From Trichoplax adhaerens (Eukaryota > Animalia > Placozoa): a stretch of 64,000 bases of DNA. This document shows, piece by piece, positions 38,900-53,946 of this stretch. Each line of letters starts with the position of its first letter. Position 1 is the first letter of the stretch. Made by a program: the position numbers and the translations under genes. The notes under the pieces were generated by a model that worked only from the letters and a program-made list of their open reading frames with translations, ran no database searches and was not told where the DNA came from. The stretch spans positions 2,441,172 through 2,505,171 of the forward strand of contig NW_002060945.1 of the NCBI RefSeq assembly GCF_000150275.1. The letters are read 5' to 3'.

Positions 38900-41471
38900 T
38901 CAATCTGTATATATCGGTACTAACTTTGTCTCATGCATTAATTTAAGAATTTTTTGTTTCAATCCTTGGTCACTATCGATATTTATCCAGTTTTTAGAAT
39001 CTTTTGTAAATTTTGTAGTTGTTGCAAATAAAGTTAGCCAAATTCCATCATGACCATTAGTTTCTCCACTGTGTTCTACAGAAAGTACGCCTTTGATGTC
39101 GAATGTTCCATGATATCCTGCAGACTTGCCATAAATTTAAAATTAAAGACAACCTTTGTTAATAATAACGGTTTATTAATCTCCTATCACTATGAATAAG
39201 TTAATATTGGCCACAGAAACTAAAAATCTTGCAAATAATGACATAACACACACGTTGAATGACAAACTGAGTAAATGCTAATACCTTTACCGCATTTTCG
39301 ACAGCAGCGGGTCCTGTCTTACGTGCGTGTTTATCAAGAACTGAAATTGGTAAATGCATATTCGGGCCTAATTCAGCAAGGATATATACTTCTTTTGTGC
39401 TAAAAAGTAAACGTAATATTAATGAAATAAATGTTTGTATCATGACGATAAAAAGGTATGATCGTCTTTGATTCTATATTACAAAATTACTCTTTTATGC
39501 ATCCGGCCAAAAGAATTCGAACTGCTACGGTTTTATGCGGGCGGCAAACGGGCAATAAGATTGCTTGTGTATTTGCTACTAGATTTTTATACCAGCTTTG
39601 GGTACGCGAGATGACATCCAGAGCATCCTTACATCTATAAGAAAGCCGATAGTTACTAATCTACCGATATTAAGATTACTAATAGTCATTATGGATTCAA
39701 TTCATAAAGGAGTAACCTTAATTTTAAATGGCTACGGACTTGTTCATCAGTGAAATAATCTGCCTGTATCGATTCATGGTCTTGCTGTTCCGGTGTTTTT
39801 AATTTACCTTCCACATCTTGCCCTGTAAAAATGAAGCGAATCCAATGACCATCATACCATTCTACGCAAACTAAAGATTTCGGTGTAAATTTAATTCCGC
39901 TCTCTTCTAATACTTCGCGTTGAGCACCAGCCTTAATGAACAAGGAAAGGCAAATAAAAGCATAAAACTAAATTTTGATTTTGAATGCGTTTACTTAAAA
40001 TTAAGTATGCAGCCTAGATGTGCAGCATTATCGAAATCCAAGCTATCTACACGTGTGAGGCCAAAAAAAATTAATAGGGTGTAGTGCCAATGATCTACAG
40101 CAGTACCTCTAGTGTTTCACCAGTTTCTAACCTTCCAATTGGCAAATACCATAAACCTCGACAAGATTTTTTCGCTTCTTGAATCATTAACAATTTATCA
40201 TCTTCAATGAGAACTCCGCCAACAATGTAAGTAACGTTACCGGCACTCTTTCGCAGAGAGGCTTGCAAAGCTATCGGTCATCATAAAAAAACTGTATGAA
40301 CAGATTGTATTTGTAACAAAAATATAACCGGCTTAAAATTTTAATTTTATTCTTTCCTGCAAGCATTTTATGTTATAACTAGCGCCCACTTATTTATTGT
40401 AGGCAATTGTTCATTCATCAAAGATTTTCCGGCTGCGATGTATCGAGATATGAAAATGTATCCTGCAATAGGCTCGTATGATTTGTTATCCGTAATAAAC
40501 TAAAAGCAATTAATGTAAGAACTTGACCGCGACGTCAGCTACTTGTTTAATTTCAAATTCAAACTCGTCCAGAAATCACGTAAGACTGAATGAAAAGTAT
40601 TATAGTGGTCAATTTTCATCACAATTTACATCGTGTAAATCGCGAAGCTAAGCTAAAAATAGTTGGTTTATAATCTCGTAAAAGATGATCAATTGATGCA
40701 ACCAGAAGTTGTAACTTCATATTCTTTTAATGTTAAATCGTTTCACTTCATTTTAGCATGTGCAACGTGTATGGTGATCGAGTAGAAACATAGGAAGGCA
40801 GATAAATGGATTGCTTTGCAGCTTGATTATTGCTTCGCAAGTAACAAAATAATTATGAATAATAATAATTATATAACCAGCCGTTAAGCTAGAACGCGGT
40901 ACAACAGCAAGGAAGTAAACAAGCGATAAATGATTATAGAGTAACTAAACGGAAAATGTGACCCAGTCAACGGTAGTCTAGAAAGATTAGAGCATCACCA
41001 ATCGATGTGTTATTTGTAAAGGCATTAAAAGTGTATCTATTGATCAAGTAGTCTACTAATCAGAGTGATCATAGGTTATCAATAGAGTAAAAGTTATTAA
41101 TAATCTGTAGTACAGGTACACGAGTCCAAACAATTAAAGGATAGCAAGATTTATATAAACTCTTAATCGAAATCGATTTATGCAAGAATGATTGAGAAAT
41201 GACGTAGAACTATCCTACTAAATTTATTTCAATCGATATTACGAGAAATAACTATTGACTAAAATTATGGTTAGCAAATGATATCATAGGAAATCAATTA
41301 GGTATATAAATTTATTGGGCCAAGGACGAATACATAGTTTGCTAGTCATCATCGATTCTACGAGAGTTAAGGATCGAACAACCTACCTTTAGCTTCGTTG
41401 ACAAATTCGTAGCTTTGAGTACATGGTTGGCCTTCAATCACTTCCCAAACACTACGAATAAATCGATCCAT
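38900..41471 (-). CDS. NUDT18: Nudix hydrolase, NUDT18/MTH3-like 8-oxo-dGDP phosphatase, about 315 aa
   Basis: Exons 41471-41387, 40270-40107, 39931-39717, 39634-39491, 39399-39285 and 39124-38900. The Nudix box is [23 protein letters not shown], with flanks [58 protein letters not shown] and [19 protein letters not shown], typical of NUDT18. Confidence 0.92.
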
Positions 41472-43711
41472 ATTCAACAACTGACACTAGGCCTACTCTA
41501 CGCGTATATATTGACACGTCGATAGTCAATCAGAGTCCAATCCTTTTTAGCTTGAAATGGTCATTAATTCAATCTTTCAAAACAGATCAAAACTTGGATT
41601 GAACATCACAATACAACCTTGAAAGATTTGTATGTTGTAAATCTTAACAATAAGAAATAGAATAATCGTAATACCCGTATAAAAGAGTTATCATTGACGG
41701 GAAGATGATCATAACCATTAACTCTCATCAGATGATAGCGTAAGCAATAATTTCAGCTTGCAGCGTTTGAAAATAATTAATTAGCCCAAGACGAATGCAA
41801 TGTCGACGTTCTGCTGGAGGAGCTGGCCAACTAGTATAGATTATAGGATAGCAATGTCGCTGTTAATTGATATAGATACCCAAACATGGCCTACGATGCC
41901 TATGTATTAGTTATTGGAAACAAAGATGTGTTCGATGTTGGCTCAAAAATATCACTGTTGGACACTATCAGTATAGCTACCTAAACATAATGCATGATTA
42001 AGTCTATACTATAAGAATTCAATTGGAAAATTATACCTACCAGATTTGCAAGAGAGGCTTTAAACTTGGCTATAAATTTGCTTTCTATGCAAACAAATAC
42101 TTGACTATTCATTTATATGTAATGCTATTAACTGCTTATCCCAACGAAAAAGGCTAAGGATAATTTTACCCAACTGTATTGTGTGATAAACGTCAATTCT
42201 ATGTGGGATTTAGTAATCCATAACGATACAGTAGACTTTATTCATGATGCTGCAGTTTCCGCAGATCTCATCTCGCGACGCTCTACGTTTCGATTATCCT
42301 AAGGCAAAAGGTTACTAACCATCCCTATCGCCAAGTTGCAAATTTATGCAATGCTTTCCTATCAAGTACATGCTCTTTCTCACTCAATAGCTGCTTAAAG
42401 TCGTCTAAATCAATAGCTTCTACGTCTAGGTTATTGTTCGAGTGCAGTTGAACTACTCAAGCCGCTATGATACAGACTCAAGGAATGCTATACTCGAATG
42501 TATTAGTAGGTAGTGTTCCTTATTACTTACTGCAAGTTCCAATTATGGTCAGTCTATTCTTGCGTGTCTAGATAATTCCCCGTGCTTACAGTAGATTACT
42601 TCTTAAATACAGTAATCACCTAGTAACTATTCAGTCGGCGACCTTATAAGTAATACTACTCTAAAATATTTTATACGTATATGCCTGCTAAAATTTTTCA
42701 AGTTATAGGCTACAAATAGGATACAAGTAGAGACTACTATAACTTGTTTTAAATAGTCCCTGATATAAGCAAGAAACCTTAAGCAATTCATCACACCAGC
42801 TTTCAAGTATTAAATTAGTCTTCAATTTTCACAACCAGTTTAATAAACAATCCTGAAGCTAGAACCTCAAAGCAACCCTGCACAATGATGGTCTACACGC
42901 TTCTTGCCACTATTCCTCTACAGCCAGAAACGTATTCTTTCATACTTTACGTTATGTATTGACAGCAATCAGAAAATAACCTTTACGTTATTATAAATCA
43001 AGATTTTTTATTCATTACATTGCAGATTATTATCTCGCCAAAAATGGTTAAAAATATTGTTATAGAAGTAAACATTTCAACAAGATTTGGGCTTGCAATC
43101 AAAATACAAACCGATACATACCAATTAAAAAATAGCAGTATGTTGTTTACATTTTAAGAGTAATATTAAAGTGGTGTATCAACCACCAACTACCTCTACA
43201 TCCTCGTTACTATTTCAAGTATTGTAGGCCAGAAAGATACCTATGTCATAGCCCGACCTTACACATGTTATGTCATACTTTAAATAGTTAATAACAGCTT
43301 AGGCTGGGCATGATAAAAAGTAGTCATTACAGCAACTATGTTATGATTACGTTCCATTAGTAGTATTTAACATAGGAAGTCATAACAGAATAGTTACCGA
43401 ATTAGTTAGACAACCAAATGAAGATCAAAATTAGTTCAGTTCTACGTCGACAATATAAAAACGGTTTTTAAAATTGTTCATGTAGCATGAATTACATAAG
43501 AAAATAAGCATACTCAACGCTAAAACACTTCATCTGAACCTTATATCAACTATATCGCCCTATTTCAATTATTAGCTATAGGATAAACTGCAAGTGTAGT
43601 TTATTAAGAGAATGGTATTACACTTTCTACCCAAATGTTATCGTTGGGAAATGATTTGAAATCTTATGTAATATCCATGTGTTTTCCATTTCAATTTGAA
43701 GTTAATTATAG

Positions 43712-46700
43712 CTAATAAACTAAGCATTGCTTGAGGAATTCATTGTATTGAATCTTATTTGTCAAATCTTTGTTGTAATAAACCATCAATTGGAAGAAGT
43801 CATCTTCTGATATATCCACGCGATACTGGTGCAGGATATCACGAAATTGTAATTGAGTTACATAACCAGTATTCTTGCTATCATAAGACTAATTAAAAGA
43901 ATTCAACAAAACAAAATTAATCATGATGGAAATATTTCTATTTATTATCATACGCTTGTCTTTATATTGATATCTTACTTTACAAGTTCGACGTATACTT
44001 TTCCATTGCTGTTTAATGGAACCTTTAATTCGGATAAATACATCGGCCAAGTAAACATTGGTATCACCAACTTTAGGCACCTAAATCAATTGAGATATTA
44101 ATAGCCTATCCTTAGCTGCAAAGTAATCATAAGATAATGAAATATCGCCTTTCTGACAACTATACTCACTTCTTCAGCGGGTAATACGGCACGTTTTGGG
44201 CTTTTCTCCACATTTTTTACTTTTAGGACGAAATAGCTTAAAAATTCCGCATAATTCAATCTAACAGTATAGGTTGTAATTAGTCAGTATAGTATATAAT
44301 AATATGATGGTTACAAATTTTAAGTATAACCAAATAGAATAGAATCTTTATCTAATAAGGCATCAGTCCTAAAAAAATAGCTTTAGCAAAATACCTCATT
44401 CTATCTTTGTTGCTAAATTTCTCCCATAGCAATGAAAATTGACTATCATCGAGAGCTATACGATGTTGCTCCAAAGTTTCTATACAAAGGTGCGCAAATT
44501 ATGCTTAGATTTGTAGAAACTAGATTCTAAATACAATTAGATTAGTATTTGATCATTAATGCTCTGTATCCAAAGTTTAAGTTACGAATACTGATCATAG
44601 TATGGAATCTATGTACGTGAGTATAACATCCACTATATTAGATAATTAGCAAATACAGTATTTCTACGGTCATGTAATAGTGACTTGTATGGATAGATTG
44701 ATGTAAAACAAATTATTAGTCCACTATTATGTTCTCATATACTGATGATGGCTATTGAAGGTACCTTTAAATTCTCTCTCGTTAATATATCCGGTGTTGT
44801 GATAATCAAATCGATTAAATGCCTTACGGATGGTCTTCCAGTGACTAACAATCTGAAAGAAATAGGTTACAGATTAAATGGGAATCATTTGATTACAGTT
44901 ATAATTGCTGTTGAACAGCGTGTTATTGAACACACGAGAGGGGCATTAAACTAAACTTTGAGGATTAAACGTTTAACTTAATTTTCTGTCATACCTTGTC
45001 CTTGATTAACTTTTCTGTTGGTTCTGCGTTCACTAAAGCGGCAACGCTATTACCAGAATTTAATCTCGGTGATGGTTGGCCGACTCTAGGTGTTGGCATA
45101 GATGGTCTCTGTTTGAATATCGATGAATACATATTTAGGTTTTATATGAATATTAAATTACTGCATATATGTGAGAGCAGACAAATTAGATTGACCATGA
45201 GTTTGATATGTTTATATGAAAATCGCAAACACTCGATGGTCTTCTTTATTCGTTACCTTTGTTGGAGATGTGCGATTTGCCGAAGGAGTTCGCAGCTTTG
45301 GAGTGTTACTGCCAGATCGGTTAGCATAAGCTCGCAAAACGTTGTTATAATTAATAAAACCTTCATCGCCGTTATCTAGTTTTTTCCATAACTTATTAGC
45401 CTATACAGGATAACGAAAGTAGTCTAGTTTAATAAATGATCTATTGCGTTATTGGGCTATTTTCATCCGTAAAAAGAAAATTATCACAACTAAATAAATA
45501 TCAGTATCGGATAGAATTCATTCTAATTTTTTACCTGATTAGGTTCTAAGCTGAAATCATATTCTTCTAAGATTTTAAAGAAATCATTTTTGTATACAAA
45601 TCCGGAGAATGAAGGATCATTTTGCTTTAAGACCTACAAATAGCAAAAATGCACCGTCAACATGATAGCGATGATGACAATAGCCTCACTCCATCATAAA
45701 GATTTACTGTACACGTAGTCGATGGCCTTAAGCAATAAAGTTGACTATGTTAAGATGGATTCCACTTAGAATAACTTACCTTGATCAAATCATAAAATTT
45801 ACTAACAACAAATTGCTTAAATTGTTGTTCAGTCTGCTGGAATGTTTGACTTGAAATGCTCATTCTACTAAACGAAAGAGCTGATACATTTCGTGAAGGT
45901 GCTCTGTTATTAAAAGTATCATCTTGTTTGGGAAGCTCCACGTTTGGCTCTTCTCTTGCTATTTCCTGCTCGATAAAATTGTTCTCTGCAGCAATATCAG
46001 TTATGTCTTCAACTCTAGGCGAATCTTCTACGTAGTTGATTTCTGTTGAATCGACATTCATAGGAATAGGAGCAATCGGTTCTGTAAAAGTTTCCTTTGG
46101 TTCTGGCGTATCTTCTTTGAGTTCAGCTGGCGATTGAGGCGTATCAGGTGCTAAAATGGCATCCATTTGGCTTTTATTTTGATTCATCTTGATTGATTTC
46201 CTCTTCTGCTTTTTATTAGCAGCTAGCATTTCCTCTTGCTTGCCTAACCAATCAGATGTCAACTGCAAGAAATCAATATTTCGTTAAAGAATAATAAACC
46301 CCTGATGGTAACCAGTTAGCAATATCGACCAAAAATCTCATCCTAGTTAATACAAAGTCAGATAAAAAGTGGTATACAACAATTCTCAAAGAAATTTGAT
46401 GTGGTTAACAGGTATCGCTAGAATAATTCAAGCAATAATATATGGGAATTCATTTATTAATTAATATTATTACTGTACCTCTTCATCTGATTTCGACAAA
46501 GTACTGATTGCTTCCCTGTATGGAACAAGATCTCCAGAAACATTCAATCGACGTAGGACATGCTATATTTTTTTATTATAGATAGTAATATTAAAGTTTG
46601 CTAGCGTAGTTGCTGTAGTACAATCCTATAAAATTAAATAGAGATTAAACATCTTCTGTCAAATAGACTAACTTTAAACTGTGGATCTGTTAATCTGAAA

Positions 46701-49700
46701 CAGAAGTTCTCCAGTACTCTTCGGAATCGTTTAACGCCAATTCTTTCATTTTCATCGACATCAAAAGCTTCTAAAGCACGTTGAATTGGTCCGAGTTTTT
46801 CTCGAACAGTTTGTCGTAGCTTTTGCTCAGCTTTATCCACAGGAAGACTTTCATAACTGACCGGGCTTGCTCTATCATCAAATCAAGTAATAAAATTATA
46901 ATGTAGTCATTTTAAAATCTATAAGAATTGAAAGGCTTAAAGTAGTCGACGATATAGCAGTCTTTATTCTATTTTCATCAATATTTTAATATCTCATTTT
47001 TAATGGCTAAGTAAGGTACATCTTAATAGGAAATCATTTTATTAAATACCTTTTCGGAATGACTTCTCGAATATCAGCTTGCTTTCCGCGCTGGAAGGCA
47101 TTTAGAAATTCTTCATAGGATAACTTATATTTATTGCCTAGTCCAATTCTAATTGAATATTAGGATAAATATGGTTGTTTAGAAGTCTAACATTTCAAAA
47201 ATATCCAGCCATTGATCATTTCATTGACCTCTAAAGACGAAGTAACTTACCGATCGAGGAATCTATTATATTCGATTTCATCACAATGAAAGTTTAGTGC
47301 TTGCAAAATATCATGGAGTTCTTTACGGGACAAATGTCCGTCCTAGATGATTTATTTTGATAAGATTCAGTGCAAATATCTATTGGTCTGACTGACATTG
47401 ACAATTTTAATTTAAGTGGGGTATAGCTGTATTCCTGACAAAACTTCTAACCTTATTATGGTCCGCATTTTCGAATGCTTTCCTAAAGCTTGTAAAACCA
47501 TCTCTGAAGCGATCACTAAATATTTGTAGAGATTTAATTTTATTTAAATCTTTGCACCATTCTTTCTTACAATCAAATTATGATATACTTACGTAATTCG
47601 GGCTTCAATTTCCTCCGCAGTTAATCTCTTGCCAGCTCGAACTTGCATTTTAGCAATATATTCATGCTTAGCCTAAGAAACGTAATGCAAATGAATCAGG
47701 AGACGTTCCTGGTGGCCGTGATTCGGTTTAGCTTGATTAAATACTTAGCACAACTAGCCATTACAAAAGCTGAACACTCCCAATAGCTCGTAACTACTGT
47801 ATTCAAAATTATTCTTTCCTTTACCTTTTGTGCTTGATGATGATGCTCGAAGCGATTTTGGCTTTCTTTGGTTATTTGTGTGCTAATTCCTTCATCTCCA
47901 GGTGCCAATGTTTGGCTATATCGGTATATAAATTCTCTGTAGTCAATTGAACCACTGTTATCCGTATCGTAGCTAATATTTAAATTCAAAAGGAAAAGAT
48001 CAATTAAAATGATATCCAGGAAAAAGCTTATAATACTATTTCACATACTGTTATAAATATTTCATATCATGGTACTTACATTCTCCACAATTTCTCGAAT
48101 TCCTCGTCAGTCATGGTTAAAGCGAAATCGTCCAAAATTATTTTAAATTCTTTACGAGAAACCAAGCCATTTCTATCTTTATCAAAGCTTTTGAAAGCCT
48201 ATGGATATAATAGTTCGCATCTATAAAATAGCAGTTCCACTACCGCGATAAATTTATCCTACTTGATTTTAATCCTGATTAATATTCAAGCTTACCTTTG
48301 CAATATCATTCCATTGATTTTCAGCTTTGGAAAGTAGCAAGCTATGAACTTGTTCATGGGTTAGGTTGAGAGCCTTTTTGGTTTTATTAAATCTTAAGGA
48401 GTGGAGAATGTGAAATTAGATCATCGATATTACTTTTAAAATGAAATTAATAATGATCGCTGAGGTAAGTAAAATTGATCTCAATATTGAATGTACCTGT
48501 GTGTTGAAAACAGCCATGGATGAGCTTCCACGTTTTCTATACTTTGAAATCGCTTCAAAAAATCTTGATAACTCAAGGTATTCCTATGGCCAAAGTCAAT
48601 TTTTTGTACTAATTTGTCAAATTCTGAATCTGACAGGACAAACATCATTGAATCCAATAAGCGTCGGAATTCGCTCTTTGTTATAGCACCTACATATGTT
48701 AGTAATAATCAAATTTAAGATTTGGTTAAGACACTGATTTCTATTGCAGTTTTGTAAGTTTTCATTGCTATAGAAATTAGAAATAAGAATAATGATGAAA
48801 TAACTGTACTATCGAGCTCTTCCTAAGACCTACGGAAGCTGTATTGATAGTCATATATTTTATATGAATCATTTTTTTATATCATGGTGAAATGATTCAA
48901 GGCGATCTGGCGATCTTTAGATATTCCTTAAAGATAGAAACTACGGTGAAGGTTTTTCTTTTTATTTCTTTAACTTACCGTTATGGTCGTCATCAATTTT
49001 GTAGAAAGCTTCTCTTAAACCTTGAAAACCATCACGAATTTTATTCCTTAGTTTTGTCTCCACTTCTTCTGCTGTCATGGTGTACTTTTGCTCTCGGACT
49101 TTATACCTAAATGAAGGCATTTTACAAAGCATGAAATCCACTATGACGATAAGATCAAAGTTTACACAGCCTAACTACGACTCCATCTTTCAATTAGTAT
49201 AACTTACTTTTGGACTGGATGGAACTGAACAGTGGGATCATTTTGCAAAGGTGAACGAGTATTATCAAATTTGTCAACAAAGTCGGTGTAAGACAGATTT
49301 CCTTTGTAGAATCCAAATCTAAGAGAAATAAGAAGAAATATTTGCTTTCAGTAACCTAAAATAGTCTCAAATATAGTCTGAAAAAGATGCAGTTCCATCG
49401 AATTTTATCTCATTTTGTAATGATATTTATTCTTACTTCTTGATCAAGATTTTAAACTGTTCGTCACTCATGGATAATCCCATTCCACCCAATACCTATC
49501 CATGCATTTCAAAGTAAAGAAATAAGCTTAATAACAGCGTAAGCTAAAGAAATCCTTCAATTTTAAGACGTTATCCGGATTAATTGTATTCTGACGTAAT
49601 AACATCAAAGGATAATATAAATATATAAGAGATACTATACGAACCAGTCGAAATTCGCTTTCGGAAACTTTGCCGTCACCGTCTTTATCATATCGCTGGA

Positions 49701-52700
49701 AAACCCGACGGATATCTGATGAACTTTGAGTAACACTGTCTTGTAATTTTTTCATGACAGCTTCAGCAGTCATTTTGCCAGTAAGATCATGGGCTCTCTG
49801 CTCTACTTTACCAAGCCTGTAGATTAATAAGAGATTAATATCTTGCTCTTTCGTAAAGACTTTACGAATAGAAAGAAAATTTGCTGTACAAATTTGTCAA
49901 TACAGGTAAGTTTAAAGTTAAGATGTAAGATGAGATTTGAGGAAAAGATAGAAATGAATTCAGTATACAATGAGACAATTTAGTGTGGCGTTAGTTGATA
50001 TTTCTACCTAGCAGCTTGATCATGTAGACGTTTCTGTTCCATTTTATCACTTTCATCGTGAATTTTTGTACTTGTTCCGTAAACATCTCCTTCATTAATT
50101 TTAAGACCCTAAATAGTTTCAGTGATTTAATTTAGCCTTCAAAAAGAATAAGCTTAAAGATTCAATATGAATGTTCACTTCGAGATGATTTTACAACATA
50201 CCAAACGTTGGACAAATTCTTCAAATTGGATGGTACCATCACTATTAACATCGCATCGACTCCAAAACCTAAGTGTAAAGTAATAGTTTCGTCATAAAGG
50301 ATAAATGATCTCACGATAGCTTAGTGTGTAAGCTGAATAAATTTGATGAACTGGCTAAAAGTTAGTATTAAATTTAAACTAGGGTAATAACCGACTTTGT
50401 AATGTTCCTTCTGTTATAACGTTAGATTCATAGACGAAAATTAGTCGGATATCGGTATTAGCATCACTGATATTATTGCAAATACTGATAAGGATCTGTA
50501 AATAACTTCCTTTTAATGGTCTAGAATTTCATCTTCAGCTTACGTTTTGAAATGTTCATCCGGAATAACCATAGCATATTCATTCAATAACCGTTTCAAT
50601 TCGCTTTTAGAGATGGCTCCATCTTTATCTTCATCGATGGAGCCGAAAGCTTTAGCAAGTGTTGACCAATTTTCAGCAATTTTAATGCGCAGTATATCTT
50701 CAGCCTAAAGTATTATTAATTAAAATAATATCAACCATGAAAACAATGATGATGTAATAGGATTATTAAAAACATGGCAGCATAAGGCACTTAATCAACT
50801 ACTCTAGATCTACCTTTTCCCAGGTCATAGCGATCGGTTTTCTAGTTTCATTAAAGCGATGATTGGATTTTAACCATTTATGCCCATCCTATACAAATAA
50901 GCACAGTAAAAAATGAAATGACTGACAACTAACTGTGCTAAAATTGCGTGATACAAATATATTGAATAAAGTTTGGTTACAATAGTGTCTAAAATTGCTG
51001 GAAAATTCTTCCAATAAATATTAAAGTAGTGCATCTTTATTTTACTACTGAATATAAATTTAATTTTGGCTCACTAAATTGAATCATTACGATCGTAGAA
51101 CTAGCTCACAAGTAGTGATAAATGGAATGATCTGATTACAATTCTCAACATCAGATATTGTGGATGGAATTTGGTTTACGTCTTACCGCAGTTTCTTTCT
51201 CTTCAAAAATGTCCATAAACTCTTTATACGAGATATAGCCATTTCGGTTTGGATCGAGGCGATTAATAATTTCCCGGAATTGGTTATCACCTAGACGGAA
51301 ACAAAATTTCTCGATAATTCTTCTCATTTCCTTATGGGAAACTCTGCCATCTTTGTCCTAAGTTTAATTGGTCATTAGTTTGAGTTAAATAGTGAAAGAG
51401 AGTGATTCAACGTTGAATTATGAATCTCTATCGCAACTTACATCATCAAAAGTTAGAAAAGCTTGTTTAATGCTGGAGTACCCATCCTTGATCTTTGAAT
51501 TCAATAGATTCCAAATGTCTTGAGGCTGCATTTCTTTTTGCGATTCCATGATGGGGTTATATCTACAAATAGATTAGGAATCATCCGTCTTGTTTAATAA
51601 AAGGATAAAATTTCTTTAGCTCGGCTAAATTAGGTAAAGTTTTGGTTCAAAATCTCATCAATATTAAGGTAAATTATTTTTAAGCTCCTTCCATTCTAGC
51701 AATGATTTACAGTTTTTTCTCACTTATGACTAGGGCGTATAAGAAGTGTTTGGCCATTAGCAGGTAAAGCATCGGCTTGGAATTTCTGCATAAAGTGCTT
51801 CCATGGCATCCTTCCAGTTGCTCTAAAGCCAAATCTGAATATACAGTAAGAAGTAAAACTGTTATATCTATCCATGATGGCGATAACCTTCTATAATATG
51901 TTAATAAAGCTCTTTGCACGTATACGGTTATCGATTAGCTTACCTATCCATAATTTGTGTAAATAAATTGTCTGGCATAGGAAAAATAAATTTCCCTAAG
52001 ATGCGGTGCAAGCGATCCAATGCGATCATACCATCATCTTTTTCATCAATAGCCGAAAAGGTTGACCATAAATCGTTATAATTTTCGCGAACCTAACATC
52101 ATATGGTGTACCGCATTTTAGAATACTACAGCAACTAAGACAGATTTTAATCCGATTTTCTTACCCGCTTTAAAAATTCCCCTTCAATCTGACTGAGTGA
52201 TTTTCCTTGTAGGAATGAATCTTCAGATTTAACATTTGCATCACCAACGTTGTAATAGCGCGATTTCTCAGTCTTGTATTGTGTGTTGTAGCGATTTTTA
52301 GCATTGTCTGGTTCTGAAAGAGTGTAAATAGATTTCCGTTCAACATATAACTAGTAAAAAAGATACTCTTAAATATAGCTTGTAACTATGATACTGTTAA
52401 GAGCCTAGGCAATATATGTACTCAGGACTAATTGGCCTGAAAAGATGATCGAACTCACCAGTTGGTTTTTTACCATTTGCTTCTTCTGGCTTAATTGCGT
52501 GAAAGTGACTTAAGAATCGTACATAATCAAGCGTTGGACTCGTATTGCCAGCAAATTTTGACCATAATCTAATAAATTAAATACAGAGATTATTATTATT
52601 TATTTAAATCGAATAATCGTAAAAGTAATTTAGCAATTTTACGGTATAGACTTACTTGACAAATTGAGCATCTGTTAATCTTAGGCAAAAATTGTCCATA

Positions 52701-53946
52701 ATTTTACGAAAGTCATTTCTCAGGATCTTATTCTGTCTGTCATAGTCGCACATCCTGAATGACTTAAGGATAACTTTTCCTTTGGTGTCCATCTAAGACA
52801 TAACGACATGATCAGTGAAAGAGGCTTAGCAATAACTGATGTGGTGTTGAGAATAATCTTTGATTACCTTTTCTTGAATTAATCTTTCAATTTCATCGAT
52901 AGTATAAAACTGAGTCGAATCTTGATTGGGAATATGGCTAGAAATAATCGATTAGAAATTATATAGTTGTTGATTTGTGAACCTTCTACATATCAAGCAG
53001 AAATTAGTTTCAGAATTGATTAATATCAACATTATCAATGGGAAGATTTAGATTGAAGTCCTATTTTGGAACCTGGTAATCCTGGGCAGAGGCGATTTAG
53101 TAAGACTTCGTGCTCCATAGCTTTGCAAAAATTCGATATATTTAATGTTACCAGAGTCATCCTTTGGGAGCTGAAGATAAATGATACTACAAGTAAGTTT
53201 CAGATCGGAATTGGTAATGTAGCCTATTCTCTAATAAATACACCATATTTATATCCAGCAACAAGCTGAATTTTACCTTTGCCTGTATCTCATTGAACTG
53301 CAAATCAGTTAATGGAAACAGATATGTTTGAAACACACGACGAAAGTTTGCTAGCCTAATGATTCCTTCATTACTTTCATCGTAGATAGCAAATCCCTGA
53401 AAAATTTCAACGCATACATTACCGATATAGTAAAAAGATTTGATATCATTATGCAGTTTTAATCATAGAATGGGAAGGGCATTTTAATCAGGTGCACTCT
53501 AACCCATATTCAATAGCAACCTTACCTTTTTTATAAAATCCCAAGCTTCGTTGACTTTTGATGCTATTAGGGACTCGATATTGGAAACAGTTAGGTTAGC
53601 ATCGGCGATGATTGGTGTAACTAAATTTGGATAATATAAACATAAACGGTAATCAAGAAGTTTTCTATCATTCGTATAGAATTTTATTAGGATTGATCCT
53701 TGTTGCAGTTTATTATCCAGTAAGACTGTAAGCTTTAAGATTAGAATAAGCAATGGTAAAAAGTTTACCTGACGCGTGGATATTATGAGAGGAATATGGT
53801 TGAGGCGATGTCCTGGATGTATTAGATACAGGCCTTGGCGAGACTTTGGTATCCGGTGCTGTCCGTGATTTTGGGGATAGCGCCATACCTCGCGCAGTTA
53901 GACCTATTGGTGGATTTCCCACTTCTCTATCTTGTCGCTTGACCAT
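43712..53946 (-). CDS. EFCAB6: Large multi-EF-hand protein, EFCAB6-like; about 35-40 short exons (not all boundaries resolved)
   Basis: ATG at 53946 (first exons 53946-53769 and 53620-53526). Repeated EF-hand units include YDKDGDGKVSESEFR, YDTDNSGSIDYREF and FDVDENERIGVKRFRRVLENFCFRLTDPQF. Terminal exons 44080-43979 and 43888-43712 give RIKGSIKQQWKSIRRTCK-SYDSKNTGYVTQLQFRDILHQYRVDISEDDFFQLMVYYNKDLTNKIQYNEFLKQCL, matching the EFCAB6 C-terminus. Confidence 0.85.

Noticed and set aside
40389-40590. Exon-like segments in NUDT18 intron 1 as the N-terminus
   Set aside because: They have the wrong phase or in-frame stops; exon 41471-41387 supplies an ATG, the correct phase and family-like sequence.
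41700-42620. Minus-strand splice-like sites between EFCAB6-like and NUDT18 as a separate coding gene
   Set aside because: The frames I tested close quickly; at most these are non-coding leader exons.
43853-53269. Plus-strand ORFs within the EFCAB6-like gene (e.g. 44996-45379, 48441-48686)
   Set aside because: They are antisense shadows of real minus-strand exons, with no recognisable products.
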